64,000 bases of DNA from Thermodesulfobacteriota bacterium. Lineage in GTDB: Bacteria; Desulfobacterota_D; UBA1144; Nemesobacterales; CSP1-2. Positions 54,888-64,000 of this stretch are shown here, piece by piece. Position 1 is the first letter of the stretch. The number at the start of each line of letters is the position of its first letter. The DNA lies in contig DATMAT010000057.1 in the NCBI GenBank assembly GCA_035559815.1, positions 6,359 to 70,358 on the forward strand. The letters are read 5' to 3'. The notes under the pieces were generated by a model, which was given only the letters and a program-made list of their open reading frames with translations, did no database searches and was not told where the DNA came from. The position numbers and the translations under genes were made by a program.

Positions 54888-55292
54888 TTGATGAAATCGT
54901 CACTGTTCAAAAGAAACCTTTATCCAGAAACTTTCATCGCTGGCATCAAAGCTCTTGGCGTTACTACAGTACCAGAACTGCTTGATGAGCGTCATGCAAA
55001 ACTCTGGGCGGAGATATGTCGCATTAAGAAGTATAGAAACAAGCTTATTCATGGTCAGATAACCGGCCAAGGTATCTCATCTGCTCAACTGGAGCAGGAT
55101 ACTCTCTGGATTATCGAATGGATTTCCTGCCTTGCTCAAGCTGCGGAAAATACCTTTGGCTACGATGGACTTAAGCGGAACACATACCGCAATGCCAAGA
55201 GCATTTCAAAGATCAATGTTGAGCGCTATCCATTCTCAACGGCTGAAGAGTTCAAGCAATGGCTGTCTCGGTTAGTAGCTAAGTTTGGCTAA
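54888..55292 (+). CDS. HEPN-motif protein (R-x4-H), possibly the 3' part of a frameshifted longer gene
   Basis: 134 aa. KYRNKLIHGQ fits the HEPN R-x4-6-H motif within a helical context. ORF 54701-54985 overlaps it in another frame. Confidence 0.4.
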   Translation: MMKSSLFKRNLYPETFIAGIKALGVTTVPELLDERHAKLWAEICRIKKYRNKLIHGQITGQGISSAQLEQDTLWIIEWISCLAQAAENTFGYDGLKRNTYRNAKSISKINVERYPFSTAEEFKQWLSRLVAKFG

Positions 55293-55334
55293 CAAAGTTC
55301 ATTTATATTTGAGTATTCATTTTGAGGATAGGAA

Positions 55335-56699
55335 ATGTCAGACCATACAACTGCGTTAGTACCCCTGGAATCCTGGTGTTATAACTCGCCGGAGTTGCGT
55401 GCATCTGGTAAATCGATAGATGTAGGCTTACTAGTTGAGGCACTTATCTATTACGATCGCGTTATCGTTAATGTTGGTAACCAACCACAATTTGCAGAAT
55501 TATTAAATTGGTTTATCGCTCAGAAAAAGTACAATGATTTCCTCGCCCTTGTTAATGATGGCGTCATAAGAATATAGGATTACGCGTTCTCAACCAACGC
55601 CATTTTAAAAGACGGCGTTTATTCGATCTGGAATATCCAAGATTCTATTCAAGCGCAACCAAATACTTTTGATCAGCGTTTTCTATATCACAAAGATATA
55701 CAAACTTGTTTAAATCATGCACGACAAAGGCAGAAACTGTATAAAGCACTGAGGGATAAAGTTATTGAAGTAAAAGCTGATGAATTTGGAAGCGCTATAG
55801 AAAACGCTAGACGGGATTATGACGATGCTAATAGAAATGCGCTAATAATTCAAGCTTTTGTTGATGAATTATATAAAATTAAAAACTTAGGTAGCGTACC
55901 AGAAGTAAGTGCTAGTGTAATAGCTTCACCAGATGGTGGTCGAAAGCATATCACTTGGAATGTTGATTTTGATCATCTTTCTTACATAGCAGGAAAAGAA
56001 CTCAATTTCCATCGTGGTACGCCACTCACTGCGGGGGCTATTTCAAATAGGCTACTGTGGTCAGCAGCTTCATTGGAATGTGACTTGTATTTAGGACAAC
56101 CAATCAGTGTATTGGTAGGTGATAAACTATATGAAAGCGGTAAGCAAATTAGCAAGGTTCATTCTATTATTGAAGAGCTACATCAGAAGGTAGAGTTTCC
56201 AGATTTACGTCAGCTAGTAAATTGCGGGAAGATAGGCCTTAAAGAAATTTTAATCATAAGAAAAAAGGCTCGAAAATTTCGTGAATGGCTACAACAAGAA
56301 TCGGATCGAGACAGGGATGCAATAATTGCATACCATCACGAAGTTGCCAAAGAGGCAGGGTTTACAAAGTTGGGTCGCAAAAGACTAAACCTCATAGGTG
56401 TGATCGGAGGTGGAGCTATTGGTTCTGTTGTAGGAAGCGTTGTTTCAGGCCATTCAGGTGCTGCATTAGGTGGTGCAGCAGGTAGTACTGTAGGATATGT
56501 ATTAGACATTGCCTCTAAGCTAGGGGCAGATTGGAAACCAGTAGTATTTGGTAACTGGTTTAGGGACCGGATTGAAAAAGTATTAGATAACAAAGAGCGA
56601 CTGGCACTAATGGCATTCAAACCGCTCAGCTCATCGGCTGCTTTAAACGCAGTGTTAGAAGATAGAGTTAAGCCCGTCGTAAGGCAAACGCTTCATTAA
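55335..56699 (+). pseudogene. 454-codon reading frame interrupted by one in-frame TAG (55575-55577); function unknown; glycine-zipper membrane segment near the C-terminus
   Basis: I translated 55578-56072 by hand and found no further stops, in the same frame as both listed ORFs (55335-55577 and 56073-56699). GAGGATAGG Shine-Dalgarno before ATG 55335. C-terminal GVIGGGAIGSVVGSVVSGHSGAALGGAAGSTVG. Confidence 0.5.
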
Positions 56700-57418
56700 G
56701 AAACAGACAAAATAATCTCGTCGACCACTGCCTCAGGCTCTTTTGCCTCGGTTATAGCTCTTCCTATCACCAAGTAATCTGCTCCGAGAGAAACGGCTTC
56801 GGAGGGGGTTACAACCCTCTTTTGATCATGGATACCTAGACCCAAGCGAACACCAGGCACAACCAGTATAAATCTATCTCCAAATTCTTTCCTCAAAATC
56901 TCAACCTCTTTTCCGGAGGCAACCAGCCCGTCCACCCCGGCTTTATCGGCAAGTGCGGCAAGTCTAATCACTTCTTCTTGAGAACCATAGTTAATACCAA
57001 TCTCCCTTAAATTTTCTTCGGCCTGACTGGTTAGCACGGTTACCGCCAGGACAAGCGGCCTGGGTTTTGACAGTTTCTGAGACTCATCTCGAACTGTTTC
57101 TACCGTTGCTTTCATCATTTCTAATCCACCGAGAGCGTGAATGGTAAACATCTTAATACCATGTTGGACTACCTGACGAGATGCCTTTTCTACTGTCGAG
57201 GGAATATCGTGGAACTTGAGATCAAGAAAAATATCCACGCCGATATTGATAAATTCTCTTATACCTTCTGGTCCTGAGTTTAAAAAAAGGATTGGCCCGA
57301 CCTTGAATGCTTTAATTTTTTGTTTGAGTCTTTCCACCCAGCTTTTAGCTTCTTTAAACTTGGGAAAATCCAGGGCCAAGATAATTCGCTCTTCGGGTCT
57401 GAGATTAGGTTTAACCAT
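56696..57418 (-). CDS. pyrF: Orotidine 5'-phosphate decarboxylase
   Basis: 240 aa. ILALDF, DLKFHDIPSTV and VVPGVR motifs. Confidence 0.9.
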   Translation of the reverse strand: MVKPNLRPEERIILALDFPKFKEAKSWVERLKQKIKAFKVGPILFLNSGPEGIREFINIGVDIFLDLKFHDIPSTVEKASRQVVQHGIKMFTIHALGGLEMMKATVETVRDESQKLSKPRPLVLAVTVLTSQAEENLREIGINYGSQEEVIRLAALADKAGVDGLVASGKEVEILRKEFGDRFILVVPGVRLGLGIHDQKRVVTPSEAVSLGADYLVIGRAITEAKEPEAVVDEIILSVS

Positions 57419-57531
57419 GTTTTGAAGTTAGAAGCCACAAATTGACACAGATGGACACGAATGAAAAGAAATTTGTGATTTTAGCACTGAAGACAAATCG
57501 TTTTTATTCGTGTAAATTCGTGGCTACTTGA

Positions 57532-59247
57532 TCACTTTGAACCAAGAATCATCTCAACTTCTTTCTCCACTTCTTCGATCTTTACCTTCTTAGAGATCCC
57601 ACCTTTTCTCAACTTTATCTCTGCTGCGCCTTCCTTGATGGTCCTGGGCCCGACGGTAACCTGAATGGGCATACCCATCAAGTCCGCATCCTTAAACTTG
57701 AATCCGGCGCTTTCTTCCCTGTCGTCGATAATCGCCTCCACACCGCGGTCGAGCAGATTTCTATAAATTTCCTCGGCAACGTTTTTTACTCGCTCCTCTT
57801 TCATATTGAGCGGAAGAATAACCACCTGAAAAGGGGCCAGAGAAAGCGGTAGTACTATTCCATTTTCATCATAGTTCTGTTCTATCGCCGCCGCAACCGT
57901 ACGACCGATGCCAATACCGTAGCACCCCATTATGAATAATCTCTCCTTCCCGTTTGCATCGATAAAAGTGGCATTCATGCTCTCGCTATACTTGGTTCCG
58001 AGCTTAAAAACATGGCCTACCTCGATTCCTCTACTGGAGCGGAGAACACCGCCTTTACATCTCGGACACGGGTCACCATCAGATGCCACCCTAACGTCTG
58101 CAAATTCACTTACACGAAAATCCCTGTCCAGGTTTACATTAATCACATGGTAATCCCTTTTGTTCGCCCCGGTAACTGCATTCCTTATGCCCTTAATAGA
58201 CCGGTCGGCAATAATTCTAATCTTGAGTCCAACCGGGCCGCTAAATCCGAGCGGCCCCGTCGTTACCTCTTCGATCCTATTCGGTGTGGCAAGCTCGACT
58301 GTATCTGCACCGATCGCTTTTTTGAGCTTGGTCAAGCTGAGCTCATGGTTCCCCCGGACAAGCGCAGCCACCGGTTGGCCATCAGCCTCCACTATCATAG
58401 TTTTTATCAAATCACTCGGTTTAACCTTTAAGAACGTGGCAACCTGCTCCACCGTCTTTAAGCCGGGGGTATGAACCTCCTGAATTGGTCTTTCTTCGAG
58501 GCCTTTTTCCGTCGTTTCTCCACCGCCCTCCCCTATCTCCGCCAGCTCCAGATTAGCCGCATAATCGCACTTGTTGCAGCTCATAATCACATCCTCACCG
58601 GTCGGGGCCAGGACCATGAACTCGTGGGAAAAACTACCTCCGATATTACCCGTATCCGCCAGCACCGCGCGAAACTCAAGCCCGCATCTCTCGAAAATAC
58701 GGTTATAGGCTTCGTACATCAGCCAGTAGGATTTATCAGCCCCTTCGTCGTCGGCATCAAAGCTGTAGGCGTCCTTCATTATGAATTCCCTGGCCCGCAT
58801 AACGCCGAACCGCGGGCGGATTTCGTCCCGGAATTTTGTCTGAATCTGGTACAGGTTGACCGGCAGTTGCTTATAAGACCTTATTTCCCGGCGAACGATG
58901 TCCGTTATAATCTCCTCGTGAGTGGGGCCGAGGCAGAATTCCCTCTCCGCCCTGTCCTTAAACCGGAGGAGTTCCCTTCCGTATTTATCCCACCTTCCGC
59001 TTTCCTTCCAGAGTTCCGCTGGTAAAACCGAGGGCATGAGCAATTCAATAGCCCCGGCTCGGTTCATTTCTTCCCTCACTATATTCTCAACCTTTTTTAT
59101 CGAGCGAAGTCCGAGCGGAAGATAGTTATAAATCCCGGCAGCCAGTTTTCTTATCATCCCGGCACGCACCATCAGCTTATGGCTTATCACCTCGGCATCG
59201 GCAGGGTCTTCTTTTAGAGTAGGAAGGAAATAATTAGAGTATCTCAA
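57532..59247 (-). CDS. proS: Prolyl-tRNA synthetase (bacterial type with editing insertion)
   Basis: 571 aa. MRYSNYFLPTLKEDPADAE N-terminus, class II motifs, an INS domain and a C-terminal anticodon-binding domain. Confidence 0.95.
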   Translation of the reverse strand: MRYSNYFLPTLKEDPADAEVISHKLMVRAGMIRKLAAGIYNYLPLGLRSIKKVENIVREEMNRAGAIELLMPSVLPAELWKESGRWDKYGRELLRFKDRAEREFCLGPTHEEIITDIVRREIRSYKQLPVNLYQIQTKFRDEIRPRFGVMRAREFIMKDAYSFDADDEGADKSYWLMYEAYNRIFERCGLEFRAVLADTGNIGGSFSHEFMVLAPTGEDVIMSCNKCDYAANLELAEIGEGGGETTEKGLEERPIQEVHTPGLKTVEQVATFLKVKPSDLIKTMIVEADGQPVAALVRGNHELSLTKLKKAIGADTVELATPNRIEEVTTGPLGFSGPVGLKIRIIADRSIKGIRNAVTGANKRDYHVINVNLDRDFRVSEFADVRVASDGDPCPRCKGGVLRSSRGIEVGHVFKLGTKYSESMNATFIDANGKERLFIMGCYGIGIGRTVAAAIEQNYDENGIVLPLSLAPFQVVILPLNMKEERVKNVAEEIYRNLLDRGVEAIIDDREESAGFKFKDADLMGMPIQVTVGPRTIKEGAAEIKLRKGGISKKVKIEEVEKEVEMILGSK

Positions 59248-59387
59248 TTTTTCTTTACCTCGGTGAGTAATAAGTTACCGATTTTGCTGTCAAAAGCAAT
59301 AAGAAATAATAAAGCACCTGTCCTATCGTCCTAGCTAAATGAGACCATTTTGAGTAAACTTTCACCCAAGCTTAACCGAGCTGAGGG

Positions 59388-60506
59388 ATGATAGTTTCTC
59401 ATAAAAAGATATTTATTATACATTTGCTCACTGCTTTCTTATTATCGGGTCACGAGATATGGGCAAGTGACCGGATGATCCCATCGGGCGCTTGCACCAA
59501 TAACCTGATAATGACATTTCCCACTTCCGGCCCCGAGCAAACGCGCTGGGATATATGCTTCGAAACTATATCGGCCAATGGATTGGTCATCACCCAGGCT
59601 TTGTTTCGCCGGTCGGCGGGTTCCTCGCAAATACAGGTTTTGTCCGACGCCCGGATTGCCGAAATCTTCGTACCCTACCATCCGGGATCTCCTCGCTTTC
59701 ACGATGTAAGCGACTTCAACTTCCCGTTATTAACACTTAAAGGTACAGACTGCCCTGCCTCGGCGGGCGGTACACTCATCGGGAATTCTCAAGTATGTAA
59801 GGAGGTGCGAGACCGAGGAGTAGCCTGGAAGGATGACAGCCTGGTGCGTAGAGGAGAGGAATTGGTGCTATGGTCCGTGGTCGACGCTTCTAACTACAAC
59901 TACATCATACAATGGGTATTTCGGGATGACGGAACGATTCTAGGAGAGGTGGGGTCCACCGGACCCAAACTGGGTGGCGCTGACGATACCACCGGGCACA
60001 TGCATACCTTTTCCTGGCGGCTCGACATCGACCTCAACGGTTCCGACGGGGACTCAGTTCACTTAACCAGGCATTCCGAGCCTCTTCCCGGCCTGTCCGC
60101 AACCGACCACGAAAGACTTATCACCACCGAATCGGGACTGGTATGGAAACCCAGAAAATATACCACCCTGAAGATCAGCGACACCTCCCTCCAAAATGAC
60201 AACGGGCGCACTACGTCCTACGAGCTAGTCCCGCTGCGGTCCGGAACGGCACGGCATAACGAGGCGTTCACCAAAAAGGATTTGTGGGTCACCAGATTTA
60301 AAGAAGGAGAGCTACTGGCCAGGAATCTGCCTTCATTCCTGACAAACGAGTCGGTAGTGGATACAGACATAGTTATCTGGTATACGGTGGGAGCGCACCA
60401 CGAGAACGGGATGCGGGACGAGGATCGAGACACGGTGCCGGTCAAATGGGTAGGATTCGAGTTATCCCCAAAGAACCTCTTCAACGGCACTCCGCTTTAC
60501 CCGTGA
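59388..60506 (+). CDS. Secreted short copper-amine-oxidase-like protein (catalytic domain only)
   Basis: 372 aa with a signal peptide. ASNYNYIIQWVFRDDGTI sits at the TPQ-site position (consensus N-Y-D/E-Y). HMH in TGHMHTFSWRLDIDLNG matches the H-x-H copper ligands. VIWYTVGAHHENGMRDED matches the third-His region. Confidence 0.55.
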   Translation: MIVSHKKIFIIHLLTAFLLSGHEIWASDRMIPSGACTNNLIMTFPTSGPEQTRWDICFETISANGLVITQALFRRSAGSSQIQVLSDARIAEIFVPYHPGSPRFHDVSDFNFPLLTLKGTDCPASAGGTLIGNSQVCKEVRDRGVAWKDDSLVRRGEELVLWSVVDASNYNYIIQWVFRDDGTILGEVGSTGPKLGGADDTTGHMHTFSWRLDIDLNGSDGDSVHLTRHSEPLPGLSATDHERLITTESGLVWKPRKYTTLKISDTSLQNDNGRTTSYELVPLRSGTARHNEAFTKKDLWVTRFKEGELLARNLPSFLTNESVVDTDIVIWYTVGAHHENGMRDEDRDTVPVKWVGFELSPKNLFNGTPLYP

Positions 60507-60574
60507 GTCGCCTAGACTAGATGATTAAACGGATGAGATTCTGTATAATTAACAGAGTCTTTTTTTAAGGAGAA

Positions 60575-61042
60575 ATGAAGATGAATAGGATTTGGAAAAA
60601 TATTGCTTTAGCCACGGCAGTACTGTTAATCGGTATAGGAGCTTTCTCAGCGTATCCAGAGTCCCAATCCAACACGACCACAGTTACGGTCTATAAGGAC
60701 GCCTCTTGCGGCTGTTGTACCAAGTGGGTTGACCACCTCAAAGAAAATGGCTTCCAGGTAACCGCACATGACACTACCGATTTGATGAAGGTCAAGACTG
60801 AACATGGGATTCCGGGCAAACTTTCTTCTTGTCATACCGCGCTCGTGGACCGTTATGTAGTAGAAGGGCACGTACCCGCAGATGTGGTAAAGCGCTTACT
60901 ATCGGAAAAACCTGACGTGGTTGGAATCGCTGTGCCCGGAATGCCCATGGGGTCGCCGGGCATGGAGGGTAACTACACCGAGCCCTACAACGTTCTTACT
61001 TTCGATCGCGAAGGGAATACGAAGGTTTATACTAGCCATTGA
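60575..61042 (+). CDS. DUF411 (CopG-like) periplasmic metal-binding protein
   Basis: 155 aa. Signal peptide, CGCCTKWVDHL, SCHTALVDRYVVEGHVPADVVKRLL and GMPMGSPGME. Confidence 0.75.
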   Translation: MKMNRIWKNIALATAVLLIGIGAFSAYPESQSNTTTVTVYKDASCGCCTKWVDHLKENGFQVTAHDTTDLMKVKTEHGIPGKLSSCHTALVDRYVVEGHVPADVVKRLLSEKPDVVGIAVPGMPMGSPGMEGNYTEPYNVLTFDREGNTKVYTSH

Positions 61043-61127
61043 CTGGATACACCAGTATAACCACCCTTCATCTGCTTAATGTCGGCTTGATTTGCACGAG
61101 TATCCAGTCTATCTTAACAATCAAAAG

Positions 61128-62024
61128 ATGGATAACCGCTCAAAAACAGATGAAGACGGTATAATTTCCCTGCCTGTCCAAAAGGTAAAAGGCGTTCATA
61201 CATCCGCACATCAAGACCTTCTGGTCGTGGAAGAACCTTTGGAAATTCGGCTTGGTTTCTATTCAGAAGGCAAACGCAAAAACAAAAGCATATCCGTCAC
61301 CATGCGCACGCCGGGGCAGGATTTGGAGTTGGCCGCCGGGTTTCTTTTTAGCGAAGGAATCATAAATGGCTTTGACTGTATCGAGAATATTCGCCATCTT
61401 GATTCCAATGGAGGCAGGGGGCGGCAGAGCAATGTTGTTCATGTGGAATTAGTGCCCAACGTAGGGATTGATTTCAACAGGCTTGAGAGACACTTTTATA
61501 CTACGTCCGGTTGCGGCGTTTGTGGTAAGACCTCGATCCAGGCTCTTCAATTAATCGGACGCCCTGTGTTGCCCGATGACAGCCCGATTCTTAAATCCGA
61601 AACCATTCATATGCTCCCCGAAGCCCTCTTGAATGCACAAACCGTATTTGGTCGAACCGGAGGCTTACACGCCGCTGCCCTTTTCGATCGCAGTGGAAAG
61701 CTGATGGCGTTAAGGGAGGATGTCGGACGCCATAACGCCGTGGACAAGGTAATCGGGGCAAAGCTGTTTGAAAAACGAATTCCGTTAGTTGACCAACTCC
61801 TTCTGGTCAGCGGAAGGGCCGGTTTTGAGATTGTGCAAAAAGCCCTCATGGCTGGAATTCCAGTCCTTGCTGCCGTCGGAGCCCCCTCGAGCTTAGCAGT
61901 AGAATTAGCTTCTAATCTCAACATGACTCTGTTGGGGTTCGTTCGGGACAACCGATTCAATATTTATTCCGGAGCATGGAGAATCAAGATAGACGGTGCC
62001 GGATACAGGATGCAAGATAAATAA
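61128..62024 (+). CDS. fdhD: Formate dehydrogenase accessory sulfurtransferase FdhD (start uncertain; TTG 61092 in the track)
   Basis: SGCGVCGK motif, GGLHAAALF and EDVGRHNAVDKVIG. Confidence 0.85.
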   Translation: MDNRSKTDEDGIISLPVQKVKGVHTSAHQDLLVVEEPLEIRLGFYSEGKRKNKSISVTMRTPGQDLELAAGFLFSEGIINGFDCIENIRHLDSNGGRGRQSNVVHVELVPNVGIDFNRLERHFYTTSGCGVCGKTSIQALQLIGRPVLPDDSPILKSETIHMLPEALLNAQTVFGRTGGLHAAALFDRSGKLMALREDVGRHNAVDKVIGAKLFEKRIPLVDQLLLVSGRAGFEIVQKALMAGIPVLAAVGAPSSLAVELASNLNMTLLGFVRDNRFNIYSGAWRIKIDGAGYRMQDK

Positions 62025-62102
62025 TGACTAATCCTGCATCGTGAATCATTCATCATGTATCGTTTTCTGGATAATAAATAGTTACACCGTGGCATATTAG
62101 TA

Positions 62103-64000
62103 ATGAAGGAAAAAATAGAACACGGAAAATCACGCGAAGAGCCCCCTGAGGAGTTTGCCGGGATCGAAGTTAAACCACCCAAGAAAACGGCTGCAGGGAT
62201 CCCCGCTATTTTATCCACCTTACAACACTCGTACAACGACATGGGCGTTATTAACGCCGTGAAAACACTGCTTAAGGTAAATCAGAAAGACGGCTTTGAT
62301 TGCCAAAGCTGTGCCTGGCCGAACCCGGATGACCACCGTCATACGGTTGAATTTTGTGAAAACGGCGCCAAAGCCGTCGCCGATGAAGCCACCAGAAAGC
62401 GGGTCACGCCGGAGTTTTTCAAGAGATGGTCGGTTACAGAACTCAGCAACAAATCGGATTACTGGCTCAACAAACAGGGACGGCTAACACACCCTATGGT
62501 GCTTGGCGAGGGCAGCGACCATTATGCACCGATAAGTTGGGAAGAAGCATTCAAACTCATTTCCGAGGAATTAAATTCACTTTCCTCCCCCGACGAAGCC
62601 GTCTTCTACACATCGGGAAGGACAAGCAACGAGGCAGCATTTCTATATCAGCTCTTTGTAAGACAATTCGGCACAAATAACCTGCCGGACTGCTCTAACA
62701 TGTGCCACGAATCGAGTGGGAGGGCGTTAACCGAGACCATAGGCGTTGGCAAAGGGACGGTAAGCCTGAATGACTTCGAGCTTGCGGATGCCATATTCAT
62801 AATCGGCCAGAATCCCGGCTCTAACCACCCGCGGATGCTGTCTTCCCTCCAGAAGGCGGCTAGAAAGGGCTGTAAGATAGTGAGCATAAACCCTCTGCCT
62901 GAAACCGGATTCTTCCACTTCAAGAATCCCCAGGAAGTCTTGGAGACGCTATTCACAAGGGGCACACAGCTTTCTAACCTTTTTCTTCAGGTACGCATCA
63001 ACGGAGACGTCGCCCTGTTAAAAGGCATCATGAAAGAGATGCTCGAAGAGGAAGAGCGCCGACCGGGAAATGTATTAGACCACGAGTTCATCCGGGAGCA
63101 CACGGTAGGCTTTGAGAGCTTTGTCGACGACTTACGAAAGACGGAGTGGGACGAGATTCTAGAAGAAAGCGGAATCACCAGAGAGCAAATAAGAGAAGCA
63201 GCTAGGATCGCCATAGACTCGAAACGCATGATCTGCTGCTGGGCAATGGGGTTGACCCAGCACAAGAATGCGGTGGCAACTATACAAGAGATCGTTAACC
63301 TAATGCTTCTTCGCGGCCAGATTGGAAGGCCCGGAGCCGGCCTTTGCCCTGTTCGAGGCCACAGCAATGTTCAGGGCGACCGAACCATGGGGATCTGGGA
63401 GCGGCCGACAGAGGCTTTTTTCGAAAGCCTTTCCAAAGAGTTCGATTTTGAGCCACCTCCCCAGCACGGATACGATACCGTCCAGTCAATAAAAGCCATG
63501 TATGAAGGTAAAGCAAAAGTCTTCATAGCTATGGGCGGCAACTTCCTCTCGGCAACGCCGGATACCCATTACACGGCAGAGGCGCTCAGGCGCTGTCGAT
63601 TAACCGTCCACGTGTCAACGAAACTGAATCGCTCCCATCTAATCACCGGAAAACGGGCATTGATACTTCCGTGCCTCGGCCGTTCGGAAAAGGACGTGCA
63701 GGCAGAGGGACCTCAGTTTGTCACTGTAGAGGACTCGATGAGCGTCGTGAGTTCCTCACGTGGGTCGCTCAAACCAGCGTCCGAACATTTACTTAGCGAG
63801 CCGGCAATCGTGGCCAGGCTCGCCCGGGCAACATTAGGGGAACGAAGCACCGTAGATTGGGAAGGTCTTGTAGCAAATTACGACCGCATACGAGATCACA
63901 TAGCAAAAGTAATTCCGGGATTTCATGACTATAATCGTCGTATTCGGGAGGGGAGTTTTTACCTTCCTAATAGCGCACGGGAGCGTGAGTTTAACACCCC
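62103..64000 (+). CDS. FdhF/YdeP-family molybdopterin oxidoreductase (3' end beyond the window)
   Basis: My translation from ATG 62103 reads MKEKIEHGKS...GFDCQSCAWPNPDDHRHTVEFCENGAKAV...SGRTSNEAAFLYQLFVRQFGTNNLPDCSNMCHESSG. The frame stays open to the window edge. It is absent from the ORF track because no stop is reached. Confidence 0.85.
   Translation, partial: MKEKIEHGKSREEPPEEFAGIEVKPPKKTAAGIPAILSTLQHSYNDMGVINAVKTLLKVNQKDGFDCQSCAWPNPDDHRHTVEFCENGAKAVADEATRKRVTPEFFKRWSVTELSNKSDYWLNKQGRLTHPMVLGEGSDHYAPISWEEAFKLISEELNSLSSPDEAVFYTSGRTSNEAAFLYQLFVRQFGTNNLPDCSNMCHESSGRALTETIGVGKGTVSLNDFELADAIFIIGQNPGSNHPRMLSSLQKAARKGCKIVSINPLPETGFFHFKNPQEVLETLFTRGTQLSNLFLQVRINGDVALLKGIMKEMLEEEERRPGNVLDHEFIREHTVGFESFVDDLRKTEWDEILEESGITREQIREAARIAIDSKRMICCWAMGLTQHKNAVATIQEIVNLMLLRGQIGRPGAGLCPVRGHSNVQGDRTMGIWERPTEAFFESLSKEFDFEPPPQHGYDTVQSIKAMYEGKAKVFIAMGGNFLSATPDTHYTAEALRRCRLTVHVSTKLNRSHLITGKRALILPCLGRSEKDVQAEGPQFVTVEDSMSVVSSSRGSLKPASEHLLSEPAIVARLARATLGERSTVDWEGLVANYDRIRDHIAKVIPGFHDYNRRIREGSFYLPNSAREREFNT

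Noticed and set aside
55575-55577. In-frame TAG as pyrrolysine or programmed recoding
   Set aside because: There are no pyl genes or PYLIS-like context in the window, and TAG is used as a genuine stop by neighbouring genes (for example the antitoxin ending at 53875-53877 and the CHAT gene at 27390-27392). A nonsense mutation or sequencing error is more parsimonious.
1-64000. Searched intergenic regions for tRNA, rRNA, tmRNA and RNase P hallmarks (GGTTCGAATCC-type T-loops, GGAGGAAAGTCCGGGC) and for integrase or transposase genes
   Set aside because: None was seen by eye. The few TTCGAA occurrences lie inside coding regions or MITE-like repeats. A covariance-model scan would be needed to be definitive.

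Overview
This is a 64-kb bacterial chromosomal window of roughly 50% GC by eye. I found no rRNA, tRNA or CRISPR. The backbone is housekeeping and metabolic: acyl-CoA ligases, a Kef-type antiporter, bdhA-like SDR, LysR regulator, amidohydrolase, MFS transporter, mhq-like dioxygenase/esterase pair, cobB, hflX, MaoC dehydratase, clpB, pyrF, proS, fdhD and a ydeP-like molybdoenzyme. Three accessory segments stand out. (1) At 33.2-42.5 kb on the minus strand, nine paralogous genes share a ~20-aa non-Sec N-terminal motif (M-x-K-x-P-G-F-T-A-E-A/V-S-L-Y-K-T) followed by unrelated, mostly very Cys-rich C-terminal regions. One of these carries a phospholipase-A2 motif and one is a 321-aa protein with ~18% Cys. 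The family is headed by a cytoplasmic-looking subtilisin S8 peptidase and a protein resembling the PatA/PatG C-terminal DUF. A diverged second copy of the peptidase is fused by deletion to the DUF tail, and a decaying toxin-antitoxin islet sits in the middle of the locus. I do not recognise the leader as any named family, and this is my best candidate for an undescribed system. (2) At 18.4-30.7 kb, five near-identical ECF-type promoter motifs (GGAA-N15/16-CTTTTCGTCTA) precede a GGDEF gene followed by two large beta-propeller genes, a TPR-CHAT lipoprotein, a zf-HC2 anti-sigma gene and a LuxR-type regulator. A fifth copy has no gene behind it, and an atypical ECF-like sigma gene lies convergent to the anti-sigma gene. 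(3) At 54.2-56.7 kb, an AT-richer islet next to a VapBC pair carries a HEPN-motif gene and a 454-codon frame broken by a single TAG. Intergenic regions hold several nested MITE-like repeat families and GTAG...CTAC palindromes.
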